Source: Thermoleophilia bacterium (GTDB taxonomy: Bacteria; Actinomycetota; Thermoleophilia; Gaiellales; SKUG01). From it: DNA of 64,000 nucleotides. Shown here in pieces: positions 12,001-19,150 of this stretch. How positions within the stretch are numbered: position 1 is the first letter of the stretch; every line of letters begins with the position of its first letter. Location: the NCBI GenBank assembly GCA_025964555.1, contig JAOPYQ010000027.1:111462-175461 (forward strand). Reading direction: 5' to 3'. Made by a program: the position numbers and the translations under genes. The notes under the pieces are model-generated. The model was not told the origin of the DNA, searched no databases, and saw only the letters and a program-made list of their open reading frames with translations.

Positions 12001-12543
12001 GTACTCGGTGGTGGAGTACACCGCGCCGAGACGGTACGCCTGCGCCGGAACCTGCGGCGCGCCCTGCAGGTCCCAGCTGGCACGCTTGCCGCCGGGCAGG
12101 GCGATGTCGAGGCGCCCGTCGAGCGTCCTGGGGAAGGAGACGACCATCGCATCGAGGTCCGTGGTCGGCGTGCCGAGCTTGCGGATCAGCGAGCGGACGA
12201 CCCTGGCCTGGCGAGCGGTTCGGATGCAGGTCCAGATCGTCGACGTGCGCCGGCCGACCTTGCGGGTCGACTTGAACGCACCGAAGCGGCGAAGCTGCGC
12301 GCGCTGCGTGGCGGTCAGTCGGCGGGTCGAGCTGACAGTCGTGGCGCAGCGGATGCTTCGGGTGACGATCCGGGGAACCGGCGTCGCAGCGGCTGCTTCG
12401 GGCGCTGCGGTGCGTGCAGCGGGGGCGGCGAGCGCAGCCGTTGCGGTGGTCACGAGCAGTGCCACCAGGACGGTCGCGAGCAGCACGACGGCACGAACGA
12501 TCGCTCGTCCCGCATGCCGTCGATTCCCCCACGAAGCCCTCAC
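1..12543 (-). CDS. Giant secreted multi-repeat surface protein (>4180 aa; C-terminus runs off the window start): signal peptide, ~650-aa unique N-terminal region, then many Ig/FN3-like modules
   Basis: Absent from the ORF track. None of the listed minus-strand ORFs between 1 and 12643 is in the frame whose codons begin at coordinates divisible by 3, which fits a frame with no stop inside the window. Hand translation of that frame gives Arg-poor, GC3-rich protein. It starts at GTG 12543 (VRASWGNRRHAGRAIVRAVVLLATVLVALLVTTATAALAAP..., signal-peptide-like) and still reads ...AYDGGAIELMVDDEHNGFTDDAYLPT at position 1. Recurrent motifs: C[YA]RYR[LV]xxTDNVGNVG; module borders D[TS]xxP; SxSDxxSG[LV]xxYxVxVDG; Y[QE]YC[IL][ST]T. 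The exact start codon is uncertain. Confidence 0.8.
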   Translation of the reverse strand, partial: MRASWGNRRHAGRAIVRAVVLLATVLVALLVTTATAALAAPAARTAAPEAAAATPVPRIVTRSIRCATTVSSTRRLTATQRAQLRRFGAFKSTRKVGRRTSTIWTCIRTARQARVVRSLIRKLGTPTTDLDAMVVSFPRTLDGRLDIALPGGKRASWDLQGAPQVPAQAYRLGAVYSTTEYDVVQQVGWGSLKESIAVHRSQGVRTWRWKLSWKGGKGPVIAADGSLHYGADVVLAKPFLQNAAGRRIKDLEWKLDGDLLSVTIDDRGIALPYVLDPASSYPQWLYPSPAYVPGSGTVNGLFGTPPGGLDTGTSIGDVDEPVGSEYMFWSNGNTTVPEAAPVTNATHPLPVDGNPPLNNGAGLGQFGWAQESLGGVTLPLGPYSAQARIQVTSATANPLTLAVKARIWKGLASPSDAVFTEMQDAPAPVALTDWVQSAPVVFALNNQISNITIPNMTVNPGTNILGVSDHVFVEYALVVLDTGANNTNVLLHTNSLSTFINFGAATTNTPGVAANQRLSAPTTISATGWTNDSTPRLRADLDDPDWYHHINYQICSNATCATVVQTGNSTFGQTFGGATNDWTSPALADGTYYMRGRTVEDDSVFNGDDQIGAWNNFTATSCAAPDVGACGQFRIDTVLPNGAITAPATGSWNRGTVAVSGTASDAASGVATHSLQWRRITPSPAGPLPTGVTCAGASSPTWACSWDTTAVIDGDYELQLTVTDVAGNVRVVASNTYKVDNTAPAWPGGSFWRDGAAAGDLTWVNSLTTLGSNWSAATDSNTVAKYEYCLSTSPSGSDCAAGATKVWTNNALVLNQTSGGLTLTEGGLYYSCVRANDPAGNASTVQCSNGQTVDTLLPTLPTVNDGTAADITWINQTNTPASTVQANWSGGGDIGSGVNRWEYCITTSASGADCAGGALRTWTTNALATSVSAAPIATTEGTQYFACVRVYDNAGNPSAGSACSNGQRKDTVSTPALAANTVLDSLAADIDVQSNATTLNANWPTVVDPAPASGLLKYQYCITTTAGGADCAGAATVAWTDTAPLTGTSLTRSGLALADGTTYRVCIRSWDLAGNAVSGSSCSDGVLIDGIPPVWPAGASRDGVGPVTDVVWTTSLSTLSSHWSAATDANGIGSYDYCLSTSATGADCAGGGTRSWTGNALALTETSNALSLVHATTYYSCVRATDNAGNTGATLCSNGQTVDAVEPTVPPAVNDGTGADLTWLQSLTTASANWPGGSDALSGLNRWEYCISTLPSCAGTIAKNWTSTGVTAAQTSAGLTLVQGQAYYTTVRGYDNAGNGGTMLATSNSQRVDTVGPTASATVNDSTGADTDFQSSTTTLSANWAGVTDPAPGVGFASGVDKYQFCITTTAAGTDCAGAATLAWTDNVPLGATSVTRAGLTLTNGSTYRVCVRAVDVATNNGALACSDGITIDVGPPTWLGTSRDGAGPGDVTWTTSTTTLLSNWDGATDPAGIDHYEYCLTTSPTGADCAATPTKGWTATGLTLNQSSGGLTLANGTIYYSCVRAYDTALNVTAPPLCSNGQRVDNVAPILPPAVLDGTGADIAWLQSLTTASANWPGGSDPLSGIASWEYCISTGIACSGTIVKNWTNNVTAITETSAALALVQGELYYTTVRGTDVAGNATPGTVSSDGQRVDTIAPPVPATINDGTGADVGYTSSPNTLSANWSAVADPAPGVGVASGLQKYQYCITTIAGGANCAAGALVTWADNAPLTATTLTRSGLALVNGTTYYVCVRGVDVATNAAATGCTNGISIDLGPPTANWTSWTEPAGNLSNYLYSPGGNLLWFNPAPSGPVDPGVARATVTASDPGAGMDRVDFPNLGAGAAWGAGGSDNVVGAANTWTWDYAFSGSGAIGDPALNNATAYDTGGAATGSPALDFDIRPDSLAPTSPATVPPMTGLQNTVTYPQSVPLGTDADSGIGRWIMDVQTAPLTDNACGAWDPWVDGSSITGYSGPAVNGTTLNITHYLNDPNFDMIADYKDAFCWRTRVRVFDNVDNMTTIADNGFMKFDFGQPDVGFTGPPNGSAQSGTFAITGTADDVWPGSGIEYTNTGSGIDQVVVTYESPDGPDAGTAPDFTGNACPPIVAFGGPWTALTWSCSWNSTLPAMDGIYTIKIQSRDRAGNLSVIQTRTYLVDNIAPVRAWHSWNDYGSAAMHSVASVAWVNPNAAPGAYQLDARVTASDAGSNVNRVEFPGLGAGWTPAAGITNATSTSPVPVANAYTMSYTFANPGALAPPGAKVATAFDGAGNSGTVPFEVRLDGTAPTGMAASVVNGNQITANVAVTLGAGTEGALESGLGSWNLFVDTAPLTNDGCGAFANTWASVTSGVGIAPASYSHDVTALGSQCYRYRLDVTDNVGNVGQSTPTTARRVDLVAPLVNIGAPLSGSVQGGTFNVSGTASDVHTGIAKVKLTWTGPQAPGTGTICDPATLGGAYNAYTFTCSWATSTFADGTYTLTATSFDVAGNPSATNSISVLLDNFPPFVGFDSYNETSQYTHWAGPVGTNNVLWYNPTAPAGSYSFDVRTIASDPSGINRVEYSSAGAGWTGGMPASQTVPIGPANRYSQTYSFNTAGAVADPPTLNAKAFDATAVNNASTPFEFTPDSVLPAAGTVTNPNSYNPSTTIVVNVGSGGDGAGSGIQGWTLLRDTATLSAGTCITWSGYTTTVSSGAGTVAGTRNDVVADGTCARYRLLVTDNVGNVGTFTGTDVTKIDLTPPTGSITLAENTGTQWTYLANPTRLFVNTNAGTSGTFDANATAAAASGILDVTFPALAAGFTGNGVMPGPGPNFTRTYSWTGAAGAPPAGLNAAVRSNSLGSLNLPFEVISDAAVPVAATVTHPGGYTTSTALTVNYTAGNDGTGSGIAGYQLQRETGTLAGGVCSWSATWVAVGPAGGASYADTLAHATCYRYRVAATDNVGNVGFSPVSAARMVDTTAPTGASVTLAEGTNPGEQYLSAPDTIWVKAAPTGPINFTISVAATDPESGTGAAVFPALGSTFIYTSGGLYNGSYAWSPTATTPGVAPVVQVANGSGLMTTIPFTVNVDGAAPTGATLDQENGLITDFMVDLSYAVGGDGAGSGIATWRIERQSAPYTIATNTCGVWTSYATYPLPIGHPTSPYVDTSVVQPTCYRYRLVEVDNVGNVTNTVDAAGDIAKVIFDITPPTTFALNLPTNPALPAITTGQPAPTCGAVPTYATTTPAFSWTPSSDAESGLSHYDVYVDGVGAPDATVPAPATTWTTPALTEGAHSLGVRALDFQANFVNATPAYPTNIQVDTTPPSGSLNSPAMGSWSGDTTPTLDWNATDATCLTRVEVFLDGSASAAAVTSGTEGSWTPAAAMADGAHTWRFVAYDALGNAASFGPYSFGIDTIQPTAFAVTAPTAGQTVRGFVNVAWSASSDADSGLAPAAAYQVWVDGAIKATLPAGTTSTLVSGVTNGGHTVFVRALDLVGNTRDTAPVLFTGYGAIPVPLLDTPANGAATNVVPLLDWHWPSDGGPAPTSYNVWLDGVNVGSQVHPTTQHTLAADPGDGSHTWRIEQFDPYTAGSVTSVTRTFILDRTPPIVDLTLTRVATVVSWSAPTDPALPVASGIAYQEFWVDPAGPPAATSTTLTSANVSRDYGLLPDGTYTMWVRAYDFAGNFTDTPSLTVVNDSVPPTAFNLIAPAALPAIPAITNGAGAPTCESDPTYTSATPTLTWQASSDATSGLAGYDVYVDGVLATSVGAATTSYTVTAPLAGGTHTWRVVAKDNFGLTTNSTPSPMNVRVDAAAPTIAFASPAANSYTSDTTPAFSWTATDDDCLARIELTIGANVYVLTGATAGFSSPIVLPEGPTTWSLRAFDSAGRVTSAGAPRTINIDTIAPSGLTATFPGNTATVNEGMLTFSWSTGTDGGSGVAKYDLVVDGTVVATNLAGTSSGTYQILGGAVVGTTAPHNWSVKVYDNVGNAATFPFSFLALSVPDTTPPNAFDLLTPATGASIPVGTALTWAPSWDFKGVTSYRIYVDGNLIGTTAGNVTSFTPAAGAGSPICTVDFEASTSAGCLSGPTPSSGASVGGGVSPPSTSGATGGAWNTTTAAGWAAGGTKAYGVGDQSLPTSNVNSGFDGDRVWTAVSYQASIPASGGDIRVEHRYNMHAKYLAGEVNAAYDGGAIELMVDDEHNGFTDDAYLPT
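7200..10300 (-). repeat. Three tandem ~1.03-kb super-repeats inside the giant gene, each made of three ~114-aa FN3-like modules (nine modules in total)
   Basis: Signature strings recur with constant spacing on the + strand. gatgcag(t/a)actggtact occurs at 7414, 8443 and 9478. gatgcagtactccca occurs at ~7762, 8791 and 9829. gaggcagta occurs at 8101, 9126 and 10184. Sub-period is ~340-348 bp and super-period ~1029-1038 bp. Outer boundaries are approximate. Confidence 0.7.
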
Positions 12544-12689
12544 CCGTGTTGTATCGGTCGTTCGCGGGATGTTCGTGAGTCGTTTGGGCGATTTTCGGGA
12601 GCGTGGTGCAACCGGCGGCGCCATGCGGCCTACGACCGTTCAACGCATGAACTTTTCGGTGGTTTCTCGTTGACGAAGACTGGTCGGAT

Positions 12690-14381
12690 TCAGGTCAGTT
12701 CAGCGACGGAACGCGGACGTTCGACTGACACATCGGAGCCGAGGAGCTCCATCGCACGCTCTGCCATCGCCGTGATCGTGAGGCTCGGATTGACGCCGAC
12801 GTTCGCCGGCATCGTGCTGCCGTCGACGACGAGCAGGCCCTCGTAGCCGAAGGCGCGGTGGCGAGCATCGACCACGCCGCGCGCGGGGTCGGCGCCGATC
12901 GCGCAGCCGCCCAGCAGGTGCGCGGTGATGGGGATGTTGAAGAGTGCCTCGGTCAGCCCACTCTGCGGAATGCCGCCGATGTAGTCGGCGAGGCGCGAGG
13001 CGGATTCGTTGGCGATCGGCAGGAAGGTGGGATTCGGCCGACCGACGTCCTGGGCCGTCGAGTAGCGGATGCCCCGCCCGAGCAGGCGACGCCGACCACG
13101 CAGCTGGATGGCGTTGTCGTACGACTGCATGACCAGCACGAGGAACGATCGTCGTCCCCAGTGCTGCGGCCAGGTGATGCGCGCGAAGCGAACGGGATGC
13201 CGGAGCACCTGGCCGACGAACTTGAGCGGACGGCTCACGCGGGTGCCGTCGCCGACGAGCAGGGTGGACAGCATGCCGATGGCGCCGCCGCCCGCGCCAT
13301 AGGTGACCGGCTCGATGTGGGTCTGCGCGTCGGGCCAGATGCTGCTCGAGATCGCGACGGTCTGCGAGAAGTCGTGCTCGTCGGTGCGGGCGGTGACCGC
13401 GAGGATCGACTCGGAGTTGGTGCGTACGAGGTGACCGACGCGATCGCTCAGTCGCGGGAGCGACCCGGTGAGGCGCTGGCGCAGCAGCAGCTTGGTGCTG
13501 CCGAGCGAGCCCGCGGACACCACGACTCCCAAGCGGGCGCGGAAGGTGCGGCGGCGATGGCGCAGCCAGGCACCCGGACGGGTGGTCTCGACCTGCCAGC
13601 CGTGCGAGCCGTCGGCGTCCGTGTCGGGTGTGCCGTCGAGGCCGAGCGGAACGAGCCGGGTGACCTCGCGGTCGGCGAGGATGCGCGTGCCGGCACGCTC
13701 GGCGAACCAGAGGTAGTTCTTGCGGAGCGTGTTCTTGGCGTTGTAGCGACAGCCGACCATGCAGGCGCCGCAGCGGCGGCATCCGGAGCGGCGCGGTCCG
13801 TCGCCGCCGAAGTAGGGGTCGTCGACCTCCACGCCGGGCTCGCCCAGGAAGACGCCCACGCGGGTCATCTGGAAGGAACCCTCGACTCCGAGGTCGCGAC
13901 CGAGCTGCCGGATGTATCCGTCCGTGACGCCCGCGGGTCCGTAGGTCGTCACGCCCAGCATGTGTTCGGCGGTGTCGTAGTGCGGCGCGAGCTCGGCCTT
14001 CCAGTCGGCGAGGTCCGACCACTGGTCGGCGAGGTAGAAGGCGTCGTCCTTGGGTCGGTACAGGGTGTTGGCGTAGCCGAGGCTGCCGCCGCCCACGCCG
14101 GCGCCGGTGCCGATGAAGATGTCGCGGAAGAGCGAGAGGCGCAGCACGCCGCGCATGCCGAGCTTCGGCGCCCAGAAGAAGCGGCGCAGGTCCCAGGTGC
14201 TCTTCGCGTGCTCGTGGTCCTCGAAGCGGCGCCCGCACTCGAGCATGAGCACCGACTCGCCGCGTTCGGACAGCCGCAGCGCGGAGACGCTGCCACCGAA
14301 GCCGGACCCGACGACGATCCAGTCAGCGTCGAAGCCGTCGGTGTCGCGCGGGGCGTCGGCGGTGGCGTCAGCCTCGGCCAT
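12690..14381 (-). CDS. GMC-family FAD oxidoreductase (cholesterol oxidase ChoD-like)
   Basis: 563-aa ORF with N-terminal FAD fold DWIVVGSGFGGS. Overall resemblance to actinobacterial ChoD-type GMC oxidoreductases (CRRCGACMVGCRYNAKNT segment; C-terminal GMC region DGSTMPANVGVNPSLTI). Confidence 0.85.
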   Translation of the reverse strand: MAEADATADAPRDTDGFDADWIVVGSGFGGSVSALRLSERGESVLMLECGRRFEDHEHAKSTWDLRRFFWAPKLGMRGVLRLSLFRDIFIGTGAGVGGGSLGYANTLYRPKDDAFYLADQWSDLADWKAELAPHYDTAEHMLGVTTYGPAGVTDGYIRQLGRDLGVEGSFQMTRVGVFLGEPGVEVDDPYFGGDGPRRSGCRRCGACMVGCRYNAKNTLRKNYLWFAERAGTRILADREVTRLVPLGLDGTPDTDADGSHGWQVETTRPGAWLRHRRRTFRARLGVVVSAGSLGSTKLLLRQRLTGSLPRLSDRVGHLVRTNSESILAVTARTDEHDFSQTVAISSSIWPDAQTHIEPVTYGAGGGAIGMLSTLLVGDGTRVSRPLKFVGQVLRHPVRFARITWPQHWGRRSFLVLVMQSYDNAIQLRGRRRLLGRGIRYSTAQDVGRPNPTFLPIANESASRLADYIGGIPQSGLTEALFNIPITAHLLGGCAIGADPARGVVDARHRAFGYEGLLVVDGSTMPANVGVNPSLTITAMAERAMELLGSDVSVERPRSVAELT

Positions 14382-15318
14382 GCGGCTCGGACCAGTCAGG
14401 TTCGGGACCGCGCGGCACGATGCCTGACGGGTTGAGCTGGTCGTGCGTGACGAAGTAGTGGCGCTTGATGTGGTCGAAGTCCACGGTCTCGGCGATGCCC
14501 TCGACCTGATAGAGCTCGCGGGCGTGGGCCCAGAGACTGGGGTAGTCGACGATCCGGTGCAGGTTCGTCTTGAAGTGCGTGACGTACACCGCGTCGAAGC
14601 GCAGCAGCGTCGTGAACAGCCGCCAGTCGGCCTCGGTGATGCGGTCGCCCGCCAGGTACCGGCGCTCGGCGAGCATCCCCTCGATGCGGTCCAGGCTCGC
14701 GAACAGCGCGTCGTAGGCGTCGTCGAACGCGGTCTGCGACGTCGCGAACCCGCACGCGTAGACGCCGTTGTTGACCGTGGCGTAGACCCACTCGTTGATC
14801 GAGTCGATCTCCTCGCGCAGGTCTTCGGGGTACAGGTCGAGCTCGGGATGCTCGGCGAACTCGTCGAACGCCGAGTTGAGCATGCGGATCACGTCGCTCG
14901 ACTCGTTGTTGACCACGCGCCTGGTCTTCGTGTCCCAGAGCGTGGGCACGGTGATCCGGCCCTCGAAGGTCGGGTCTGTGGCGAGGTAGCCCTCGGAGAG
15001 GTACTGCCACCCGTTGATGGGATCGGTCTCGCCGTTCGCGGGGTCGCCGTCAGGTGACAGGTTGAAGCGCCAGCCGCGGTCGTCTCGGATCGGGTCGACG
15101 ACGGTCATCCCGATCGCCGATTCGAGGCCCTTGAGGCGGCGCACGATCATCGAACGGTGCGCCCATGGGCAGGCCTTGCACACATACAGGTGGTAGCGAC
15201 CCGCCTCGGCGGGGAACTCGCTCGACCCGTCGCTGGTCACCCAGTCCCGGAAGCGGCTCTGCTGGCGCTTCCACGAGCCATCGGCGCCCGTTTCCTTGAT
15301 GAACTGTGCCTGTGCCAT
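14368..15318 (-). CDS. Glutathionyl-hydroquinone reductase (Xi-class GST, YqjG/ECM4-like)
   Basis: Hallmark CPWAHR motif. Start placed at MAQAQFIKE (ATG 15318); the 88 upstream codons of the listed ORF are Arg-rich junk. Overlaps the start of the downstream GMC gene by 14 nt. Confidence 0.85.
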   Translation of the reverse strand: MAQAQFIKETGADGSWKRQQSRFRDWVTSDGSSEFPAEAGRYHLYVCKACPWAHRSMIVRRLKGLESAIGMTVVDPIRDDRGWRFNLSPDGDPANGETDPINGWQYLSEGYLATDPTFEGRITVPTLWDTKTRRVVNNESSDVIRMLNSAFDEFAEHPELDLYPEDLREEIDSINEWVYATVNNGVYACGFATSQTAFDDAYDALFASLDRIEGMLAERRYLAGDRITEADWRLFTTLLRFDAVYVTHFKTNLHRIVDYPSLWAHARELYQVEGIAETVDFDHIKRHYFVTHDQLNPSGIVPRGPEPDWSEPHGRG

Positions 15319-15338
15319 GGTCCCGCTCCCTCCGCGTC

Positions 15339-16046
15339 CTAGAACGGAGCCTCGGTGGAGATGTCGCGCTCCGGAGTCGGCTCCTTCATCGCACCAGCAT
15401 AGGCAGGTACGTCCTTCTCGGCTTCCGAGCCGGTCGACACGACAGCCTGGTACCACTCGTCGAGCGCCTCGGCGGTTGCCTTGGTGCCGAGCTTGGTCAC
15501 CGCGGCCGGCGGGCAGCTGAGTCCCTTGCCCCAGGCGGCGGAGAAGAGCCCCTCGATGTCGCGGCGCGGCGCGATGACCCACTTCTCGTCAGCGTCGACG
15601 TAGTCGTCGTCGAGCGCCTTCACGAGGGCGTCGGCATCCGGCACCTTGGTGCCGGTCCAGACGGCAACCCCGCCGTGCTCGAGGTCGTGGACGACGAAGC
15701 CGTCCTCGATCGGGGAGTCGTAGATGCCGAACGGCGCCCAGTCCTCGTAGTGCTTGCCGGTCGTCGGCGGGAAGCTGTCGCTCAGGCGCTTGCCCTCGTC
15801 GACGTGCTCGGCCTCCTGGAGCTCGTACGTGCCGAACACGCAGCCCGCGTCCACGAGGTCCTTCCCGGCGGTGCCCAGCGTGTCGGTGAGGTCCTCGTCG
15901 GCATCGGGTGCGTCGACGGTGCGGATCTTGACGGGCCCGTCGGTATCGCTCGACTGCTTCGGGCTGGAATCGTCACCGCAGCCCGCCGCGAGGAGCGCGG
16001 CGAGCACGAGGGCGGTGAAGCTGGAGAAGGTGCGCATGACTGACAT
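15339..16046 (-). CDS. Lipoprotein, DUF3105-like
   Basis: Signal peptide with lipobox LLAAGC. Acidic mature protein with an EHGGVAVW-type segment that I recall from DUF3105. Confidence 0.7.
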   Translation of the reverse strand: MSVMRTFSSFTALVLAALLAAGCGDDSSPKQSSDTDGPVKIRTVDAPDADEDLTDTLGTAGKDLVDAGCVFGTYELQEAEHVDEGKRLSDSFPPTTGKHYEDWAPFGIYDSPIEDGFVVHDLEHGGVAVWTGTKVPDADALVKALDDDYVDADEKWVIAPRRDIEGLFSAAWGKGLSCPPAAVTKLGTKATAEALDEWYQAVVSTGSEAEKDVPAYAGAMKEPTPERDISTEAPF

Positions 16047-16084
16047 GGGGTGCGCCTACCCGGCCTCGCGCGCCCGACAAACCG

Positions 16085-19000
16085 TCACGCGCTCGTGGAA
16101 CCGGCGAGCGGGCGGGGTTCGGTCGGCAGTTCCTCGCGCGGATCGTCCGTGAGGTCGGTCATGTCGCGGTCGCGGTCGAGCAGGCGGAACACCGCCGGCA
16201 CGATCACGAGGGTCAGCAGCGTCGCGACGAGCAGCCCGCCGATGACGACGGTGCCGAGCGACTGGCTGATGATGCCGCCCTCGCCGGAGATGCCCAGCGC
16301 GAGCGGGGTGAGTGCCGCGATCGTGGCGGCCGCCGTCATGAGCACGGGGCGCACGCGCAGTCGCGCGGCCTGGATGAGCGCCTCGTCGCGAGGCACGCCC
16401 TGGCGGCGCAGCTTGAGCGCCGCGTCCACGAGCAGGATCGAGTTGGACACGATGATGCCGATCAGCAGCAGCTGGCCGATCATCGCCGGCAGTCCCAGCG
16501 CGCGCTGGGTGACGATGAGCGCGCCGAACGAGCCGATGAACGAGAACAGGATCGGCGCGAGGATCGTGAACGGGTGCGCGAGCGATCCGAAGAACACGAC
16601 GAGCACGAAGAACACGAGCGTGATCGCCACGAGCATCGCGATCATCATGTCCTTGAACATCTCGTTGACGAATGCCGCGTCGCCCTGCTCCCAGTCGAGC
16701 GTGACCCCCTTCGGCAGGTCGAGCTTCTCCACCGCGGCGCGGATGTCCTTGGTGGTGCCTGCCGTGTCCTCGCCCAGCATGCGGGCGGTGATGCTGCCCG
16801 ACAGGCGGCCTTCCACGCGGTTGACGAAGAGCGGGCTGGAGGCCTGCTCGAAGGTCGCGACCCGTGCGAGCGGGAGCGTGGAGCCATCGCCGGTCGCGAC
16901 GGGCAGCTTGCCGAGCTGCTTGGGGTCACCGCTCACGCGCGTGCCGCCGCCGCTCACGACGACCGGCAGGACGCCGTCCTCATCCACCGTGATGGGGGTG
17001 GTCACGCCGCGCAGTGCGGCCTGGACGGCGTCGGCCGACACCGGCGCGTCCGCCTTGGCGCGCACGAGCAGCTGCGGGACCTCCTGCGCGGCCTGCGCCT
17101 CGATCTCGACGAGGTCCCAGCCATTCGCGCGCTTGTGCAGGAGCTCGTCGACCTGGGTGGCGGCCGTCGCGATGGACGCCTGGTCGTCGCCTTCGAGGTT
17201 GACCTGGAATGTGCCGCTCGGGGGGCCGTCGGTCAGCACCATGACGCTGAAGCCGTCGTCGTACTCCTTGAGCCCGAACGTGCGCAGCTTGCGCTCGGCG
17301 GCCTCGCCGTCGGCGCCGTCCTCGAGCGTGAAGAAGAACTCGGCGGTCGACGAGCCGATCGTCGGATCGAACGCGGCGTTGCCGCTGGGAATGCCATAGG
17401 TGAGCTGGACGTCCTTGAGTCCGTCGACCTTGGCGATCTCCTCGTCGAGCGGTGCGAGCAGCCTGCGCGCCTGTTCGACGGACGTGCCTGGCGGCAGCTG
17501 CGCGGTGCCGATGACCTGGCTCGCGCCCTCCGACGGGAGGAACTGCACCGGGATCGCACCCGCACCGACGGCGCCGAAGACGGCGACCATCGAGAGGATC
17601 GCGACGATGAGCACGGGCCAGCGCCAGCGGATGCCGAACTTCGTGGCAGGGATCACGGCGCGCGCGAGGGTGTCCTCGTTCGGGTCGTGCGGGCGGCCCG
17701 AGGGGCGCAGCACGTAGCTGCCGACGACCGGGATGAGCGTCACGGCGACGAGCAGCGAAGCGAGCAGCGCGGCCGTGACGATGATCGAGAAGGAGAGGAA
17801 GATCTCCGAGATGAGCCCGCCGACGAGACCGATCGGCAGGAACACTGCGGCGGTGGCGATGGTCGAGGACGCGATCGCGACCGCGACCTCGCTCGTGCCG
17901 TCGATCATCGCGCGATGGCGGGTGGCTCCGCGCTCGAGGTGCTTGTGGATGTTCTCGAGGACGACGATGCCGTCGTCGATGACGCGGCCGACCGCGATCG
18001 TGAGCCCGGCGAGAGTGATGATGTTGATCGTGAGGCCGAGCATCCACGCGGCGAGGATGCCGAACACGATCGAGGTCGGGATCGAGATCGCGGCGACGAG
18101 CGTGCCGCGCACGCTGCGCAGGAACAGGAAGATCACGATGACGGCGAACAGCGCGCCGAGCGATCCCTCGATGATGAGGCCCATGATCGAGGAGCGGATG
18201 TCACTCGCGGATTCGTAGAGCACCGACACCGCGTTGCCATCGAGGCGCTTCTCGGCCGTGTCGAGCACGTCGATGGTGCCGTCGACGGCGGTGACCTCGT
18301 CCTTGCCGGTCTCGCGGAACACCGAGATCGTGAGCGCCGGATCGCCGTTCACCGAGGCGTAGCCGCCGTCGGCTGCATCGGACTCGACGATGGTGGCGAC
18401 GTCCGCGAGCTGCGTGCCGCCGACGCGCAGCTGGCCGAGCTCACCGGCACTGCCGAGGTCGGCGCCCTCGACGACGAGCCCGACGGGTGCGCCGCCAGGT
18501 CCGGGGACGATGCCGGCGTTGGTGCGGGTGCGGCTCGATTCGATCGCGTCGGCGACCGCCTGGGCGGTGATTCCGCGCTCGAGTGCACTGGGCTCGAGCG
18601 TGACCGACACCTGCGGATCGCTGCCGCCGCCCACGTCCACGCGCGCGACGCCGTCGACCGATTCGAGGTCGGCCTGGATCTCGGCGGCGTCACGCGTGAG
18701 GCCGGCGAGGTCGCCGTCGGTTGCGCTCAGCGTGGCGAGCACCACCGCCTGCTCCTGGAAGCCGCCGGCGAACTCGGGGTCCTCGACGATGTCAGGCAGG
18801 TCGAGCTTGGCGATGCGCTCGGTGACGAGGCGCTCGAGCTCCTTGGAGTCGCTGCCGTACGCGAGCTCGGTGTAGAGGCGCAGCTGGCCGTCGGAGGCGA
18901 CCGTCGTGACGCCCTCGACACCCTCGATGGTCGCGACGGCCCGCTCGACCGGCTTGGCGACCTGCTCGTCGAGCGTCGCCGCGTCCACGCCGGGCGCGGC

Positions 19001-19150
19001 CATCGTGCCGATGCTGAACGGGAAGTCGAAGTCCGGGAACAGCTGCTGTCGCAGCTGGGTGGCGCCGACGATGCCGCCGAGCAGCACGAGGACGGTGGCG
19101 AGCAGGACGACGGATCGGCGCGCGAGGCACCACGTGACGAGGGCATGCAT
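16085..19150 (-). CDS. RND-superfamily efflux permease (AcrB/HAE-like, 12-TM, 1021 aa)
   Basis: Length, two large extracytoplasmic loops, and two hydrophobic blocks with typical RND repeats (e.g. GALFAVIVIFLFLRS and SLAHPFTILAPILFSFIGSFGAL). Confidence 0.9.
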   Translation of the reverse strand: MHALVTWCLARRSVVLLATVLVLLGGIVGATQLRQQLFPDFDFPFSIGTMAAPGVDAATLDEQVAKPVERAVATIEGVEGVTTVASDGQLRLYTELAYGSDSKELERLVTERIAKLDLPDIVEDPEFAGGFQEQAVVLATLSATDGDLAGLTRDAAEIQADLESVDGVARVDVGGGSDPQVSVTLEPSALERGITAQAVADAIESSRTRTNAGIVPGPGGAPVGLVVEGADLGSAGELGQLRVGGTQLADVATIVESDAADGGYASVNGDPALTISVFRETGKDEVTAVDGTIDVLDTAEKRLDGNAVSVLYESASDIRSSIMGLIIEGSLGALFAVIVIFLFLRSVRGTLVAAISIPTSIVFGILAAWMLGLTINIITLAGLTIAVGRVIDDGIVVLENIHKHLERGATRHRAMIDGTSEVAVAIASSTIATAAVFLPIGLVGGLISEIFLSFSIIVTAALLASLLVAVTLIPVVGSYVLRPSGRPHDPNEDTLARAVIPATKFGIRWRWPVLIVAILSMVAVFGAVGAGAIPVQFLPSEGASQVIGTAQLPPGTSVEQARRLLAPLDEEIAKVDGLKDVQLTYGIPSGNAAFDPTIGSSTAEFFFTLEDGADGEAAERKLRTFGLKEYDDGFSVMVLTDGPPSGTFQVNLEGDDQASIATAATQVDELLHKRANGWDLVEIEAQAAQEVPQLLVRAKADAPVSADAVQAALRGVTTPITVDEDGVLPVVVSGGGTRVSGDPKQLGKLPVATGDGSTLPLARVATFEQASSPLFVNRVEGRLSGSITARMLGEDTAGTTKDIRAAVEKLDLPKGVTLDWEQGDAAFVNEMFKDMMIAMLVAITLVFFVLVVFFGSLAHPFTILAPILFSFIGSFGALIVTQRALGLPAMIGQLLLIGIIVSNSILLVDAALKLRRQGVPRDEALIQAARLRVRPVLMTAAATIAALTPLALGISGEGGIISQSLGTVVIGGLLVATLLTLVIVPAVFRLLDRDRDMTDLTDDPREELPTEPRPLAGSTSA

